From: Gemmatimonadota bacterium
GTDB lineage: Bacteria > Gemmatimonadota > Gemmatimonadetes > JACCXV01 > JAHWKZ01
Direction: 5' to 3'
Assembly: GCA_035708865.1 (NCBI GenBank)
Contig: DASTFF010000001.1
Location: forward strand, 4,333-68,332
DNA: 64,000 nt
Positions 9,173 through 21,312 of this stretch are shown here, piece after piece; within the stretch, counting starts at the first letter, position 1; every line of letters starts with the position of its first letter. The notes under the pieces were generated by a model that was not told where the DNA came from, did not search any database, and saw only the letters and a program-made list of their open reading frames with translations. The translations under genes and the position numbers were made by a program.

Positions 9173-9770
9173 GGATGCGGTCCCGCGCGCGCGCCCCGGC
9201 GTGCTCGTCCTGGAAGCGGCCCAGGAAGACGCGCACCAGGCCGTCGGGCCCGGCGACCCTCCAGGCCGGCAGGTCGCGGAATCTCTGCTGGAGTTCTCGA
9301 ATGCGGACAAGGGCTCCCGTGTCGCTACCGAAGGCTCCCATCTGAAGGGTCCAAAGTCCGTCGCGGGACGTCGGGTCCGGCGCGGCCACGGCCGGCGGGA
9401 CCCGAGCGGCCGGCACCCCTTGATTATACTGGTCGTCCGACCCCAGGGTTCCGAGGAGCTCTGCGGTGCTCGGGTCACCGCGGTCGCGGGGGGTCGTGAT
9501 CGGGGCCGGCCGGGCCGCGCCCGCCCCGCCTGCGGCGGCCACCGAATCGGGGTGGACGAACGGCTCGTAGACGCCCGCCGCCAGCGCCTCGGCCTGGCTC
9601 TCGAAGTCGGGCCGGGCGGCTTCCCGGGCGGCCTCGAACTCCGGGTCGCCGGACCGGTCGGGGGTCGGCTCCGCCCCTCGCTCAGGTGACGACGCGCAGG
9701 CGAGCGCGGTCACGACCGCCAGCAGGGCGACCGTCGACAGCAGCGCCGCGGATCGCCGCCCGGGCCTCAT
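9129..9770 (-). CDS. SPOR domain lipoprotein
   Basis: Lipobox ALA-C; C-terminal WTLQMGAF...VRVFLGRF...AGYADAWVV. Confidence 0.85.
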   Translation of the reverse strand: MRPGRRSAALLSTVALLAVVTALACASSPERGAEPTPDRSGDPEFEAAREAARPDFESQAEALAAGVYEPFVHPDSVAAAGGAGAARPAPITTPRDRGDPSTAELLGTLGSDDQYNQGVPAARVPPAVAAPDPTSRDGLWTLQMGAFGSDTGALVRIRELQQRFRDLPAWRVAGPDGLVRVFLGRFQDEHAGARARDRIRAAGYADAWVVRAP

Positions 9771-11677
9771 CCCGCCTTCCCCAGCGTGCGCCGGTTTCCC
9801 TCGCGGCGGGTGATCCCGACCCGGTCGAAGTGCTCGAGGACCGGGATGAGGTACTTGCGGCTGACCTGCAGAGTCTCCTTGCATATCCCGGTGTCGGCCC
9901 CGCCATGGCGCACGATGGCGGCGGTGAGCGCCCCGCGGGCGCGCTCCAGGGCCCCGGCGTCCGCCCACCAGTCGCTGGCCAGCCGGACCAGCCGTCCCTC
10001 GGCCTCCAGGTATCTCAGCACGGCTCGAAGGCGCCCCACCTCGATCCCCAGAACCGCGGCGACGCCGCCGGTCTCGGGCGCCTCGAGCCCCGCCTCCCGA
10101 TAGCGGTCCAGGACGGCCGCCACCAGCCGCTCCGCCTCCGGGTCGAGCTCGGCCGCCCGGCCGGCCTCGGCCAGCGCGGTCCCGCGCCGTTCCAGCGTCC
10201 GCTCGCCGATCAGCGTCTCGATGGCCGACTCGACGAGCGCGGGATCGGCGTCGGGGACCGCCCGCCGGGCGGCGGGCAGCGGCAGTCCGGGCTCGAGCGG
10301 GTGGCTCTGGTGCCGGCGGGCGGTCTCGGCCGCGATCTCCGCCATGACGAGCTGCCGGGCGCCCTGGGGGAACCACCGCCCGCCGTGCCGCTCGACCTCC
10401 TCCCCGGCGGCGATCGCGGTCAGCGACTCCCGGGTCAGACCCGTCTCCACCGGCAGGTCCCGCTCGGCGACCCCCCGCACGCCGGCCAGCCACAGGACCG
10501 CCGCCAGGCGCCCCGGCCCGCGCGCCTCGGCCAGGCTGGCCAGGATCCGCGCGCGCTCGGCGCGCGCGTGGCCGCGGGTCCAGCTCGGCGTCCGCGCCAG
10601 GACCTCCCCGCCGCCGATCGTGGCCACCGGGCTGTAGGACCGCAGCACGAGCCGATCCCCGACCGCGGGGACGACCGGCTTCTCCAGGATCAGGAGCGCC
10701 ATCGACGCGGTGCCGGGTGGAACGGGTTTCGACTCGTACGTCCGGACCCGCGCCATCACCTCCGCAGTCCCGTGATGGACGCGCACCCGATCCCCACTCT
10801 TGAGGGGCCGGGGCGCACGGGCCGCCAGCCAGAGCCTCGCATCCAGCCGCCGCACCGCCTGCCACCCCCCGTCAGGATCGATCAGCATAGCGCCGCGCCG
10901 CAGACCGCCGGCGGAAGGGCCCGTCAGGGCGAGCGCCGCCCGCGACCCTGCGGCCGCCCTCGCCACCGGCCGGCCATGAACCTCCAGCGAGCGGATCCGG
11001 AGCGTGCCTGCGCCGGGATGGACTGCCACCGTCGCACCCTCGGCGACCTCGCCGCTCCAGATCGTTCCGGTCACCACCGTCCCCGCCCCCGCCACGCGGA
11101 ACGCCCGGTCGACCGGCATCCGGAAGGGGAAGCCTACGGGCCGCTCGCCGACCGCTGAGAGGACCGCCGCCAGCGCCGATCGGAGGCGGTCCAGACCGGT
11201 CCCCCGGAGCGCGGAGACGACGACGATCTCGGCCCCGGCGAGCGCTGAGCCCGCGAGGTCCTCGCGCACTGTCTCGACCACCAGCCGGGCCCAGTCGGGC
11301 GTCACCAGGTCGGCCTTGGTCACCGCGACGACGCCCCGCTCCACGCCGAGCGCCTCGAGGACCAGCAGGTGCTCATGGCTCTGCGGCATGAACCCTTCAT
11401 CCGCGGCGACGGTGAACAGCACCGCGTCGATCCCGCTGGCCCCGGCCACCATGGTCCGAATGAACCCCTCGTGCCCCGGGACGTCGACCACGCTCGCCGG
11501 CGGGGCCCCGGGGCCGAGGTCCAGAGGGGCGAAGCCGAGATCGATCGAGATCCCGCGCTCCCGCTCCTCCGGGAGCCGGTCGGTCCACACGCCGGTCAGC
11601 GCCTGGACGAGGGCCGTCTTGCCGTGATCGATGTGGCCGGCCGTGCCGACGACCCTGCGGGACGCGCGGTCGGTCAT
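9767..11677 (-). CDS. selB: Selenocysteine-specific translation elongation factor
   Basis: GTAGHIDHGKT, DRLPEERERGISIDLGF, DVPGHE; C-terminal winged helix SRKYLIPVLEHFD. Confidence 0.96.
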   Translation of the reverse strand: MTDRASRRVVGTAGHIDHGKTALVQALTGVWTDRLPEERERGISIDLGFAPLDLGPGAPPASVVDVPGHEGFIRTMVAGASGIDAVLFTVAADEGFMPQSHEHLLVLEALGVERGVVAVTKADLVTPDWARLVVETVREDLAGSALAGAEIVVVSALRGTGLDRLRSALAAVLSAVGERPVGFPFRMPVDRAFRVAGAGTVVTGTIWSGEVAEGATVAVHPGAGTLRIRSLEVHGRPVARAAAGSRAALALTGPSAGGLRRGAMLIDPDGGWQAVRRLDARLWLAARAPRPLKSGDRVRVHHGTAEVMARVRTYESKPVPPGTASMALLILEKPVVPAVGDRLVLRSYSPVATIGGGEVLARTPSWTRGHARAERARILASLAEARGPGRLAAVLWLAGVRGVAERDLPVETGLTRESLTAIAAGEEVERHGGRWFPQGARQLVMAEIAAETARRHQSHPLEPGLPLPAARRAVPDADPALVESAIETLIGERTLERRGTALAEAGRAAELDPEAERLVAAVLDRYREAGLEAPETGGVAAVLGIEVGRLRAVLRYLEAEGRLVRLASDWWADAGALERARGALTAAIVRHGGADTGICKETLQVSRKYLIPVLEHFDRVGITRREGNRRTLGKAG

Positions 11678-12408
11678 GCCGCCTCCGGCTTCAGGTCCGC
11701 GTGCCAGCGGACGAAGTCGTGGACCAGCTCCTGGACGAGAAGCTCCTCCCGGTTCGCTGTCGTCAAGCCTTCCAGGAGGCGGTAGTCCGGATGCGCATAA
11801 AGCGCGAGAAACGCGTAGCCCCGCGCCGGCAGCCTCCGCTGGCCGGGCCGCATCGCGCACCCCGGGCAGACGAGGCCGCCCTCGCCGATCGAGAACGCCA
11901 GCTCGCCGCCGTCGGGTAGCTCGCGGCCGCAGCCGACACAGGCGTCCAGCCGCGGCGCGACGCCGAGCTCGCCGGCGGCGGCCAGCCGGTGCCACGTCTC
12001 CCAGCGCCGCTCGGTCCCCGCCCGGGCCCGCTCGAGGCGCTCGAGCCCGGCCACGGTGAGGGCGTACAGCGAGGGGTGCGGGGCCCCGTCCGGAAGCACC
12101 GCCTGGAGGAACCGGAACCAGCGCCCGGCGGCCTCCAGGCGCGGGAGGGACGCCGCGATCCCGCGGTGCGCCTCCAGCAGGTCGACGCCCGACAAGGTCT
12201 GCACCTCGCGGCCCTCCTTCCGGTAGTAGGTCACCAGAAGCCGCCGAAAGGTGCCCAGCGAAGCCCCGAAGCGGCTCTTCGGGCCGCGCACGCCCTTGGC
12301 GATGACGGGGACCACGCCGGCGTCGCGCGTGAACAGCCGGTAGATCATGCTCGTTTCGCCGAAACGGACGGCTTTCAGCACGAACGCTTCGGTCCTGACG
12401 ATGGCCAT
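11674..12408 (-). CDS. recO: DNA repair protein RecO
   Basis: TEAFVLKAVRFGETS...IAKGVR, plus CVGC...CPGC zinc finger. Confidence 0.92.
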   Translation of the reverse strand: MAIVRTEAFVLKAVRFGETSMIYRLFTRDAGVVPVIAKGVRGPKSRFGASLGTFRRLLVTYYRKEGREVQTLSGVDLLEAHRGIAASLPRLEAAGRWFRFLQAVLPDGAPHPSLYALTVAGLERLERARAGTERRWETWHRLAAAGELGVAPRLDACVGCGRELPDGGELAFSIGEGGLVCPGCAMRPGQRRLPARGYAFLALYAHPDYRLLEGLTTANREELLVQELVHDFVRWHADLKPEAA

Positions 12409-13769
12409 TACAGCAGCCCGCCCAGGAAGATCGTCGCCGAGCCGAGGATCAGCAGGAACGACACGATGTCGGTCATGGTCGTCAGGAAGACCGACGACGA
12501 GACCGCCGGATCCAGGCCGAGCCGGTGAAGCAGGATCGGGAACGACGCCCCCCACAGGACGCCAATCGAGATCGCCACCCACATCGAGGCTCCGACCACC
12601 AGCCCGACCCGCAATTCTCCCTGCCACAGCACCCCACCCAGGCCGATGCACGACGCGATCACGAAGCCTATCACGAGCCCCGCCACGACCTCGCGCGCCA
12701 CCGACCGCAGCGGGCGGAAGGGGGTGCTCGACAGGGCCAGCCGCCGGACCGCGACGGCCGTCGCCTGGACGGCGGAGTTGCCGGCCATGGCCGCCACCAC
12801 CGGCATGAACACCGCGATGAACGCCATCCGTTCGATCGTCTCCTCGAAGTACGCCACGACGAGCGCGCCCAGACCGGAGGTGAAGAGCGTGATCAGCAGC
12901 CACGGAATCCGCGAACGGACGATCTCGCTCGGCGTGGCGTACGTCTCCTCCTCCTGGTGGACGCCGGAGAGCCGGAAGATGTCCTCGGTCGCCTCGGCCT
13001 CGAGGATGTCGATCACGTCGTCGACCGTGATGCGGCCGAGCAGCCGGTCGAACTCGTCGACAACCGGGATCGAGATCAGGTTGTACTTGGCGATGAGCCG
13101 CGCGACCTCCTCCTGATCGACGGTCGGCAGCACGCGGACGACGTCCGCCTCCATGATCTGCTCGACACGCGTTCCCCCGTCCGCGACGATCAGGTAGCGC
13201 AGGGGCAGGGTCCCTACAAGGCGGCCCTCGTCGTCGACGACATAGACGGTGAAGAAGTCGCGCACCTCCTGCCCCTGCCGGCGGACCGCCGCAATCGCCT
13301 CGTCGGCGGTCAGCGTGGCGGGGACGCTCACGAGGTCGGTGGTCATCACGCCGCCCGCCGACTCGTCGTCGTAGCGCATCAGGGCGGCGATCTCCCGGGA
13401 CTCCTCGGGCTCGATCGCGTCCAGGATCGCGCGCGCGTGACGGGCCGGGAGTTCGCTCAGGATGTCGGCGGCGTCGTCGAGCTCGAGCTCGCGGAAGAGG
13501 GCCTGCCGCTCCGCCTCTTCGACCCCGACCAGGAGCTCCGGCCACCACTCCTCTTCGACCTCGCTCAGCGTCTCGGCGCGGAGCTCCCGGGGCACGCGAC
13601 GGAAGAACGAGACGCGCTCGTCGCCGTCCAGCCGGTCGATGATCTCGGCCAGGTCCGCCGGCCGCAGCTCGCCGAGCAGCGAGTCGACGGCGGAGGCGTC
13701 GCCCCCGTCCGCGAGGGTGCCCAGGATACGGTCGACCAGCTCCTTGGTCTGTTCGGCCGATTCCGCCAC
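12408..13769 (-). CDS. mgtE: Magnesium transporter MgtE
   Basis: MgtE_N, CBS pair (SAGGVMTTD, GRITVDDVID), RIPWL, AGNSAVQ, LDPAVSSSVFLTTMTD. Confidence 0.96.
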   Translation of the reverse strand: MAESAEQTKELVDRILGTLADGGDASAVDSLLGELRPADLAEIIDRLDGDERVSFFRRVPRELRAETLSEVEEEWWPELLVGVEEAERQALFRELELDDAADILSELPARHARAILDAIEPEESREIAALMRYDDESAGGVMTTDLVSVPATLTADEAIAAVRRQGQEVRDFFTVYVVDDEGRLVGTLPLRYLIVADGGTRVEQIMEADVVRVLPTVDQEEVARLIAKYNLISIPVVDEFDRLLGRITVDDVIDILEAEATEDIFRLSGVHQEEETYATPSEIVRSRIPWLLITLFTSGLGALVVAYFEETIERMAFIAVFMPVVAAMAGNSAVQATAVAVRRLALSSTPFRPLRSVAREVVAGLVIGFVIASCIGLGGVLWQGELRVGLVVGASMWVAISIGVLWGASFPILLHRLGLDPAVSSSVFLTTMTDIVSFLLILGSATIFLGGLL

Positions 13770-13890
13770 GATGGGGGCTGCTCCGGGCGCGGGGAGTGAT
13801 GGCCCGCGAACGCGGGGCGCGCGCTCGGGGACCGGGGTCGGGCGACGGGTTCCGCGGCGCGATTCAATCTGGATAGCGGGCCGGTTGCCG

Positions 13891-14322
13891 TCAACGCGCG
13901 AGGCGCGCCACCCACTCCTCCTGAAGCGCGATCATCGCGCGCTCGGCCGCGGGGGTGCGGTGATCGCGCCCGGCCAGATGCAGCGCGCCGTGGACGAAGA
14001 GCCGCACGATCTCCCGCCCGACAGGCTCCTTGCGGGCGGCGGCCTGTGCCTCCGCGTGTGGAAGCGACACGAAGACGTCACCGAGGCTCCCTCCGGCGAC
14101 CTCGGGGTCGTACGGAAACGCGAGCACGTCGGTGGGGGCGTCGATTCCGCGGAAGCGGCGGTTGAGATCCCCGAGCTCCGCGGAGCCGGTCAGGACACAA
14201 TGGACCTCGCCTTCGGCGCGTGGCCACTCCGACTCCAGCAGACGCGCCAGCGCCGCGCCCGGAAACGGGTCCAGATCAGCCGGGGGTGGTACCGACGGAT
14301 GGAACCGAACCGCGATCCGCAT
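13891..14322 (-). CDS. ybeY: rRNA maturation RNase YbeY
   Basis: LNRRFRGIDAPTDVLAF, LGDVFVS, HGALHLAGRDH. Confidence 0.93.
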   Translation of the reverse strand: MRIAVRFHPSVPPPADLDPFPGAALARLLESEWPRAEGEVHCVLTGSAELGDLNRRFRGIDAPTDVLAFPYDPEVAGGSLGDVFVSLPHAEAQAAARKEPVGREIVRLFVHGALHLAGRDHRTPAAERAMIALQEEWVARLAR

Positions 14323-16546
14323 CGGGGTCCTGGACCTCCGGGGCGTGGAGCGAGACCGACGGGTAGTCGACCCGCTGGTGGTGCATGCCGCACAGGACCC
14401 CCACGAACTTCTCCTGCACGATGGCCAGGTCGCGGAAGGTGAGATCGGCGTCGTCCAGCTGGTGCTCCTCGAGCTTGAGCTCCACGATCGTTCGCACGAC
14501 CTCCTCGAACCGCTCGGGAGAAGAGTCGCGGACGACGCGGCTTGCCGCCTCCACCGAGTCCGCCAGCATGACGACCGCGGTCTCCTTCGAGCGGGGGCGC
14601 GGTCCGGGATAGATGAAATCCTGGAGCGCAACCGGCTCCAGCCGTCCTTCCCTCTCGGCCTGGTGCCAGAAGTAGGACAGCCGCGTCGTTCCGTGATGCT
14701 CGCGAACGAAGTCGATCACGCTTTCGGGCAGACCCGCGCCGCGGGCCATGGCGACACCCTCGCTCACGTGCCGCGAGACGATCCGCGCGCTGGCGGCGGG
14801 ACGCAACGAGTTGTGGGGGTTGATGCCATCACGCTGGTTCTCGACGAAGTATTCGGGGCGCCTGATCTTCCCGATGTCGTGGTAGTACGCGCCGACGCGG
14901 GCAAGGAGCGAGTTCGACCCGATCCCCTCGGCCGCCGCCTCGGCCAGGTTCCCGACGACCACCGAGTGATGGAAGGTGCCAGGGGCCTCGACCAGGAGCT
15001 GCTTGAGGATCGGCCGGTTGAGGTCGGCCAGCTCGAGGAGCGTCAGGTCGGTCGTCCGCCCCGAGGCCCACTCGAGGATCGGCAGGAGCCCCATGGCGAT
15101 GAACACCGACAGCGCCGCGCTCAGCGCCCCCCACGCGAGGGCCACCGCCAGGTCCACCGAGGTCCACAGCTGAACGAGCGCGAGGCTCCCGAGAGCGAAG
15201 GTGTGGCCGACGATGATGAAGAGGAGCGACTCGTAGAACTGCGTGCGGCGCCGGATCCGGCGCACGCTCCAGGCGCCGGCAAGACCACCCAGGAGGCCGG
15301 TCCAGAGGACCGGAAAGCCGAGCTCGACCTGGCCCACGATCAGCACCGACAGGAACAGCGTGGTGGCGACGCTCAGCCGGGCGTCCCAGAGGATGGCGAC
15401 AAGGATCGAGCCGAGGGCCACCGGAGCGGCGAAGTCGGGCATCGCGTCGACACGCTCGGCGAACGCAGCCAGCCCGACGACCAGCACCCAGACCATCGCC
15501 AGGACGGACAGCGCCCGGTAGTCGTCGAAGATGTCCCGCCGGTACTGGAAGAGGTAGAAACCGTAGAGGAAGAGGATCGCGATCCCGATCGCGAATCCAC
15601 CCAGGCCCGCCCGGACGTCGTCGGCCGAGAAGCCGGCGTGACGCAGGTCCAGCTCCTGCCTCAGGCTGGCCACCTTCGCGTACTGCTCGGGGGTCACCCG
15701 TGTGTGCGCGGCCACGATCAGCTCGCCGCGCAGGACCTCGCCGGCGTACGGGCTCACCGAGCGCCGCGCCTCCTCGCGCCGGACCGTCGTCAGCGCCGGA
15801 CGCGCCTCCAGGTTGGGTGGCATGAGGGCCGGGAGAAGATCGAGGACCAGCCGCCGGAGTTCGGGATCCAGCCGCTCGGCCCGCCGCGCGAGGGGCGCGA
15901 TCTCGGCCCCCGCCTCGAGGGACACGAGGGCGTCCCTGGATACGATCTCGGCGTCGCCTTCAGACCGGACTTCGAGCTGGGTCCCCACGATGGCCGACGC
16001 CTCGTCCCCCGCCAGCAGCCAGCTCTCTTCGTACACCCCGGGCACGGACTGCCGGGCGAACTCCCGCAGGCGCTCGCGGACTCCGGGATCGGTCAGCTCG
16101 CGCAGCTCCGATGCCCGGAGGTCGACTGCCCTGGCGCCGATCCTCGCCAGCTCGGGATGCGCCGCCACCGACTCGGGCGGTACCGCCGCGAAGCGGGCCA
16201 GGAACGCGTCGATCGCCGCCAGCGCCGAGTCCGCTCCCGCGGGGCGGACCGCGTAGACGGGAGGCACCGAGGCGGCCGCCTGCTCGCGCAGCTGCACGAG
16301 CTCCTGCTCGTCTCGGCGCACCGGGTAGTCGAACGGTGCGAGCAGGTCCTCCGAGGCGACCGCGCCGACCCGCACCGCAGGGATGTCGTAGCCGCCGGGT
16401 GGCGGGAAAAGGAACAGCGTGAACCCCGCCACCATCCCGCCCAGCACCAGCCGCAGCACCAGGTCGCGTCCCGACGTGGAATCTCTCGACGGGCGCCAGC
16501 CCGCCATCAGCGCCCGAAGCCACGCCCCCCAGCGCCCGCGGCTCAT
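14276..16546 (-). CDS. 7TM-HD (HDIG) membrane phosphohydrolase, PgpH-like
   Basis: Extracellular domain, seven TM helices, EAPGTFHHS, YYHDIGK, EHHGTT, MLADSVEAA; sits in the phoH-HD-ybeY context. Confidence 0.92.
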   Translation of the reverse strand: MSRGRWGAWLRALMAGWRPSRDSTSGRDLVLRLVLGGMVAGFTLFLFPPPGGYDIPAVRVGAVASEDLLAPFDYPVRRDEQELVQLREQAAASVPPVYAVRPAGADSALAAIDAFLARFAAVPPESVAAHPELARIGARAVDLRASELRELTDPGVRERLREFARQSVPGVYEESWLLAGDEASAIVGTQLEVRSEGDAEIVSRDALVSLEAGAEIAPLARRAERLDPELRRLVLDLLPALMPPNLEARPALTTVRREEARRSVSPYAGEVLRGELIVAAHTRVTPEQYAKVASLRQELDLRHAGFSADDVRAGLGGFAIGIAILFLYGFYLFQYRRDIFDDYRALSVLAMVWVLVVGLAAFAERVDAMPDFAAPVALGSILVAILWDARLSVATTLFLSVLIVGQVELGFPVLWTGLLGGLAGAWSVRRIRRRTQFYESLLFIIVGHTFALGSLALVQLWTSVDLAVALAWGALSAALSVFIAMGLLPILEWASGRTTDLTLLELADLNRPILKQLLVEAPGTFHHSVVVGNLAEAAAEGIGSNSLLARVGAYYHDIGKIRRPEYFVENQRDGINPHNSLRPAASARIVSRHVSEGVAMARGAGLPESVIDFVREHHGTTRLSYFWHQAEREGRLEPVALQDFIYPGPRPRSKETAVVMLADSVEAASRVVRDSSPERFEEVVRTIVELKLEEHQLDDADLTFRDLAIVQEKFVGVLCGMHHQRVDYPSVSLHAPEVQDPDADRGSVPSVGTTPG

Positions 16547-17568
16547 GGCTTCCCACTCTCCCTGCGCGGGCGCCTTGAAGGCGCCGCCGCATTCCGGTCC
16601 TGCCCGGTCTCCGAGGTCTCGTACGCTTCCAGGATGCGCTGCACGAGCGCGTGCCGGATCACGTCCCGGCCGGTGAGATAGACGAACGCGATCCCGTCGA
16701 TCCCCTTCAGGATGCGCTCCACCTGAAGCAGCCCCGACTCCTCGCGGGGAGGCAGGTCGATCTGGGTCTTGTCGCCGGTGACCACCGCGCGCGAGTTCAG
16801 GCCGAGCCGGGTGAGGAACATCTTCATCTGCCTGGTGGTGGCGTTCTGGGCCTCGTCCAGGATCACGAACGAATCCGCCAGCGTGCGCCCGCGCATGTAC
16901 GCCAGCGGAGCGATCTCGATCGTCCGCGCCTCGAGATAGCGCCTGACCTTCTCGTGGGGCAGCATATCCTCGAGCGCGTCGTACAGGGGACGCAAGTACG
17001 GGTCCACTTTCTCCTGCAGATCACCGGGCAGGAAGCCGAGCGTCTCGCCCGCCTCCACGGCCGGACGGGCCAGCACGATGCGGCGGACCATCTTGCGATG
17101 CAGGGCATCGAGGGCCATCGCCACCGCCAGGTAGGTCTTGCCGGTCCCGGCCGGCCCGATCGATACCGTGATGTCGTTCTCGGCCATGGCGGTCAGGTAC
17201 GCCTCCTGTCCCGCCGTCTTGGGCTTGATGATCTTCTGGGTCCCCCGGATCGGCACCCGCCCGCGCTCGAGTCGTTCGAGCGGATCCTCGGTGCCGGTCG
17301 CCAGCTCCTCGTAGAACCGGCGCACGTCGTCGCCATCGAACCCGGCGCCCGTCTGGACCAGGTTCACCAGGTGCTCGATCAGCGACGCGACCCGCGCGAC
17401 GACTTCAGGCGGCCCCTCGATGCGGAGCTCGCCGTGGCGGACGATCAGGCGCGCATCGCTCAGCCGCTCGATCAGCTTGAGGTTCTGATCGTTCGTTCCG
17501 AAGAGCGTGAGCTGGTCGACGCCGTCGAGGGGGATGGCGTGCTGGTGGGCCGTAGTCCGGGTGGGCAC
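16543..17568 (-). CDS. phoH: PhoH family ATPase
   Basis: GPAGTGKTYLA, RPAVEAGETLGFLPG, APLAYMRGRT, LDEAQN. Confidence 0.96.
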   Translation of the reverse strand: MPTRTTAHQHAIPLDGVDQLTLFGTNDQNLKLIERLSDARLIVRHGELRIEGPPEVVARVASLIEHLVNLVQTGAGFDGDDVRRFYEELATGTEDPLERLERGRVPIRGTQKIIKPKTAGQEAYLTAMAENDITVSIGPAGTGKTYLAVAMALDALHRKMVRRIVLARPAVEAGETLGFLPGDLQEKVDPYLRPLYDALEDMLPHEKVRRYLEARTIEIAPLAYMRGRTLADSFVILDEAQNATTRQMKMFLTRLGLNSRAVVTGDKTQIDLPPREESGLLQVERILKGIDGIAFVYLTGRDVIRHALVQRILEAYETSETGQDRNAAAPSRRPRRESGKP

Positions 17569-17603
17569 GTCGGAGCGAGTCTAACGATCGCCGCGCGAAG
17601 CGG

Positions 17604-19400
<1,797 letters not shown>

Positions 19401-19460
19401 GGATTCACCTCCGAGGGGAACGGACCGGCGTGGCCGGGCAGTATAGCCGTGGCCGGCGGC

Positions 19461-20294
19461 TCAGAACAAGCGTTCGGAATGGGCCCGGAGGACCTGGCGG
19501 CTGGGGATCGCCACCGGCATTCCCTCCGGGGAATCGAGGGTCAGCGTGGAGTCCAGCACCTGTTCCTGCTCGTGAAGGTCGAAGATCCGCTCTCCCGGGT
19601 CGTACAGGTAGTGGCCGCTGACGGTGCCCCGGCCCGAGAGCGAGACGTTGGAGCCCCCCAGCGTCCCCGAGCCCCGGACGACGATCGACCCCTCGTACTC
19701 GACCGGGACAACGGCCCGGCCGGCGAGCGCGCTCGTGTCGGAGACCGTGTAGTTCACCACCGTCTCGATCTCGGTGGTCACGCCCTGGAGGACCTCGGTC
19801 ACGGTCAGCGTGTCGGTCCACGAAGACACCGGCCGCTCCGCCGAGGGCAGGTGCGGTAGAAACGCGGTCGCCGCCCGTTCGACGTAGCGCGCGCCGAGCC
19901 CGGGCGGCACGACCCCGCTCGCCACCGCCTCGAGAACCACGCCGCGCGAGTTGGTGGTCAGGTTCACCACGGTGCCCCGCAGCTCCTCGACGCGCGGCGA
20001 CGGGAAGGCGCCCTCGACGCGCATCGACAGCTCGTCGAAGCCGAGCCGCCACAGCAGGCGGTTGCCGGGATGGAGCAGCGTCAGCCGGACGACCCCGCCG
20101 GACTTCAGGACGTAGAGGTTCTCACGCCCCAGGATGCGTTGTGAGACTTGCAGCTCGTTGTCGGTGCGGTAGCGGAAGGAGGCGCCCTGCTCGGGCCCGT
20201 AGCGGAGCGACTGCGCAGCGACCGGCGGGCACCCCAGCAGACCGACCGCCGCGCCCGCTCCCCAGGCGCAGGTTACGTACAGAGCTTTCCGCAA
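19461..20294 (-). CDS. Secreted beta-rich hypothetical protein
   Basis: N-terminal signal-like segment ending VAA-Q; overlaps the upstream SLT gene; no catalytic motif recognised. Confidence 0.65.
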   Translation of the reverse strand: MRKALYVTCAWGAGAAVGLLGCPPVAAQSLRYGPEQGASFRYRTDNELQVSQRILGRENLYVLKSGGVVRLTLLHPGNRLLWRLGFDELSMRVEGAFPSPRVEELRGTVVNLTTNSRGVVLEAVASGVVPPGLGARYVERAATAFLPHLPSAERPVSSWTDTLTVTEVLQGVTTEIETVVNYTVSDTSALAGRAVVPVEYEGSIVVRGSGTLGGSNVSLSGRGTVSGHYLYDPGERIFDLHEQEQVLDSTLTLDSPEGMPVAIPSRQVLRAHSERLF

Positions 20295-20830
20295 TGGGCA
20301 AGCACCTTGCTCGCGTATCGGTTACGAGGCAGGATCCCGCGCGACAGGACCCGGCTCAGCCGGGTCCGCCCCATGTTGTAGGAAAGCAGACCCAGCGTCC
20401 AGTCATGGCCGAAGTGGGCCAGCTCGCGGCGCAGGTGGGTCAGGCCGACGCGGAGGTTGATCTCGGGGATGAAGAGCCGCTCGCGGGTCACGCTCGCGTC
20501 GTAGGCACGGGCTGTCGACGGCTTGATCTGCATCAGCCCGATCGCACCGGCCCGGCCCACCGCGCGGGCATTGAAGCCGCTCTCTGTGGCGATCAGGCCG
20601 AACACGGCGGCCGGCTCCAGGCCGTGCTCGACCGCCAGCCGGTGGATGAGGCCGGCCAGCTCCGGCTGGATCCCGTAGCGGGCCGCGAACGAGGCCACCA
20701 GGGTGTCGGGCACGGCGCGGACGACGACGGCCTCCGGAGTGCGGGGGACGCCGGTCATCGTGGATGGCGGAAGGGCCAGCCACATGAGCGCGGCGGCGAC
20801 GATCAGGGTGGCGGATCGGCGGTACGACAC
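20273..20830 (-). CDS. Lytic transglycosylase (SLT domain)
   Basis: IATESGF, GAIGLMQI, SYNMG motifs; GAGGT SD before GTG. Confidence 0.9.
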   Translation of the reverse strand: MSYRRSATLIVAAALMWLALPPSTMTGVPRTPEAVVVRAVPDTLVASFAARYGIQPELAGLIHRLAVEHGLEPAAVFGLIATESGFNARAVGRAGAIGLMQIKPSTARAYDASVTRERLFIPEINLRVGLTHLRRELAHFGHDWTLGLLSYNMGRTRLSRVLSRGILPRNRYASKVLAHCGKLCT

Positions 20831-20982
20831 GGGACACCTCACGTATGATGAATGACAATGCATGACGCGTTTCGGCCCCTTACAACAAAAAAGGATCGAA
20901 CGCCGGTCCGATCCGTTGAGGGTGCCGTGTATACCCCCTCGCGACGGCCGTGTTTCCTGGCTCTCCGCGACGCCCGATCCTC

Positions 20983-21011
20983 TTGACACGTCGGGAGAAG
21001 GCCGGCATCTT
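20983..21011 (+). promoter_or_regulatory. Sigma70-type promoter of the tRNA-Gly/Cys pair
   Basis: TTGACA-17 nt-CATCTT ending 28 nt upstream of tRNA-Gly. Confidence 0.65.
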
Positions 21012-21039
21012 CTCGGCGGGTCGGACCGCGACCCTCCGA

Positions 21040-21115
<76 letters not shown>

Positions 21116-21168
21116 AGATCATGCCCCGAGGGCCCTCCCGGACGCGGGAGGGCCTTCGTGTTCCCGGG

Positions 21169-21244
<76 letters not shown>

Positions 21245-21273
21245 ACTCCGTTCTTCCACCGGCGACGTCAAGG

Positions 21274-21312
21274 TAGCGGGTCGTTGAAGAGAGGCGTTCT
21301 CAACGCCCGCTA
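21274..21312. terminator. Imperfect inverted repeat between convergent tRNA-Cys and SDR; possible terminator or REP remnant
   Basis: TAGCGGGTCGTTGAAGA...TTCTCAACGCCCGCTA; no clear U-tract. Confidence 0.4.

Noticed and set aside
21128-21157. Hairpin GAGGGCCCTCCCG-GACG-CGGGAGGGCCTTC between the two tRNAs as a mobile repeat
   Set aside because: A single short stem in a tRNA spacer, best explained as a processing or spacer structure.
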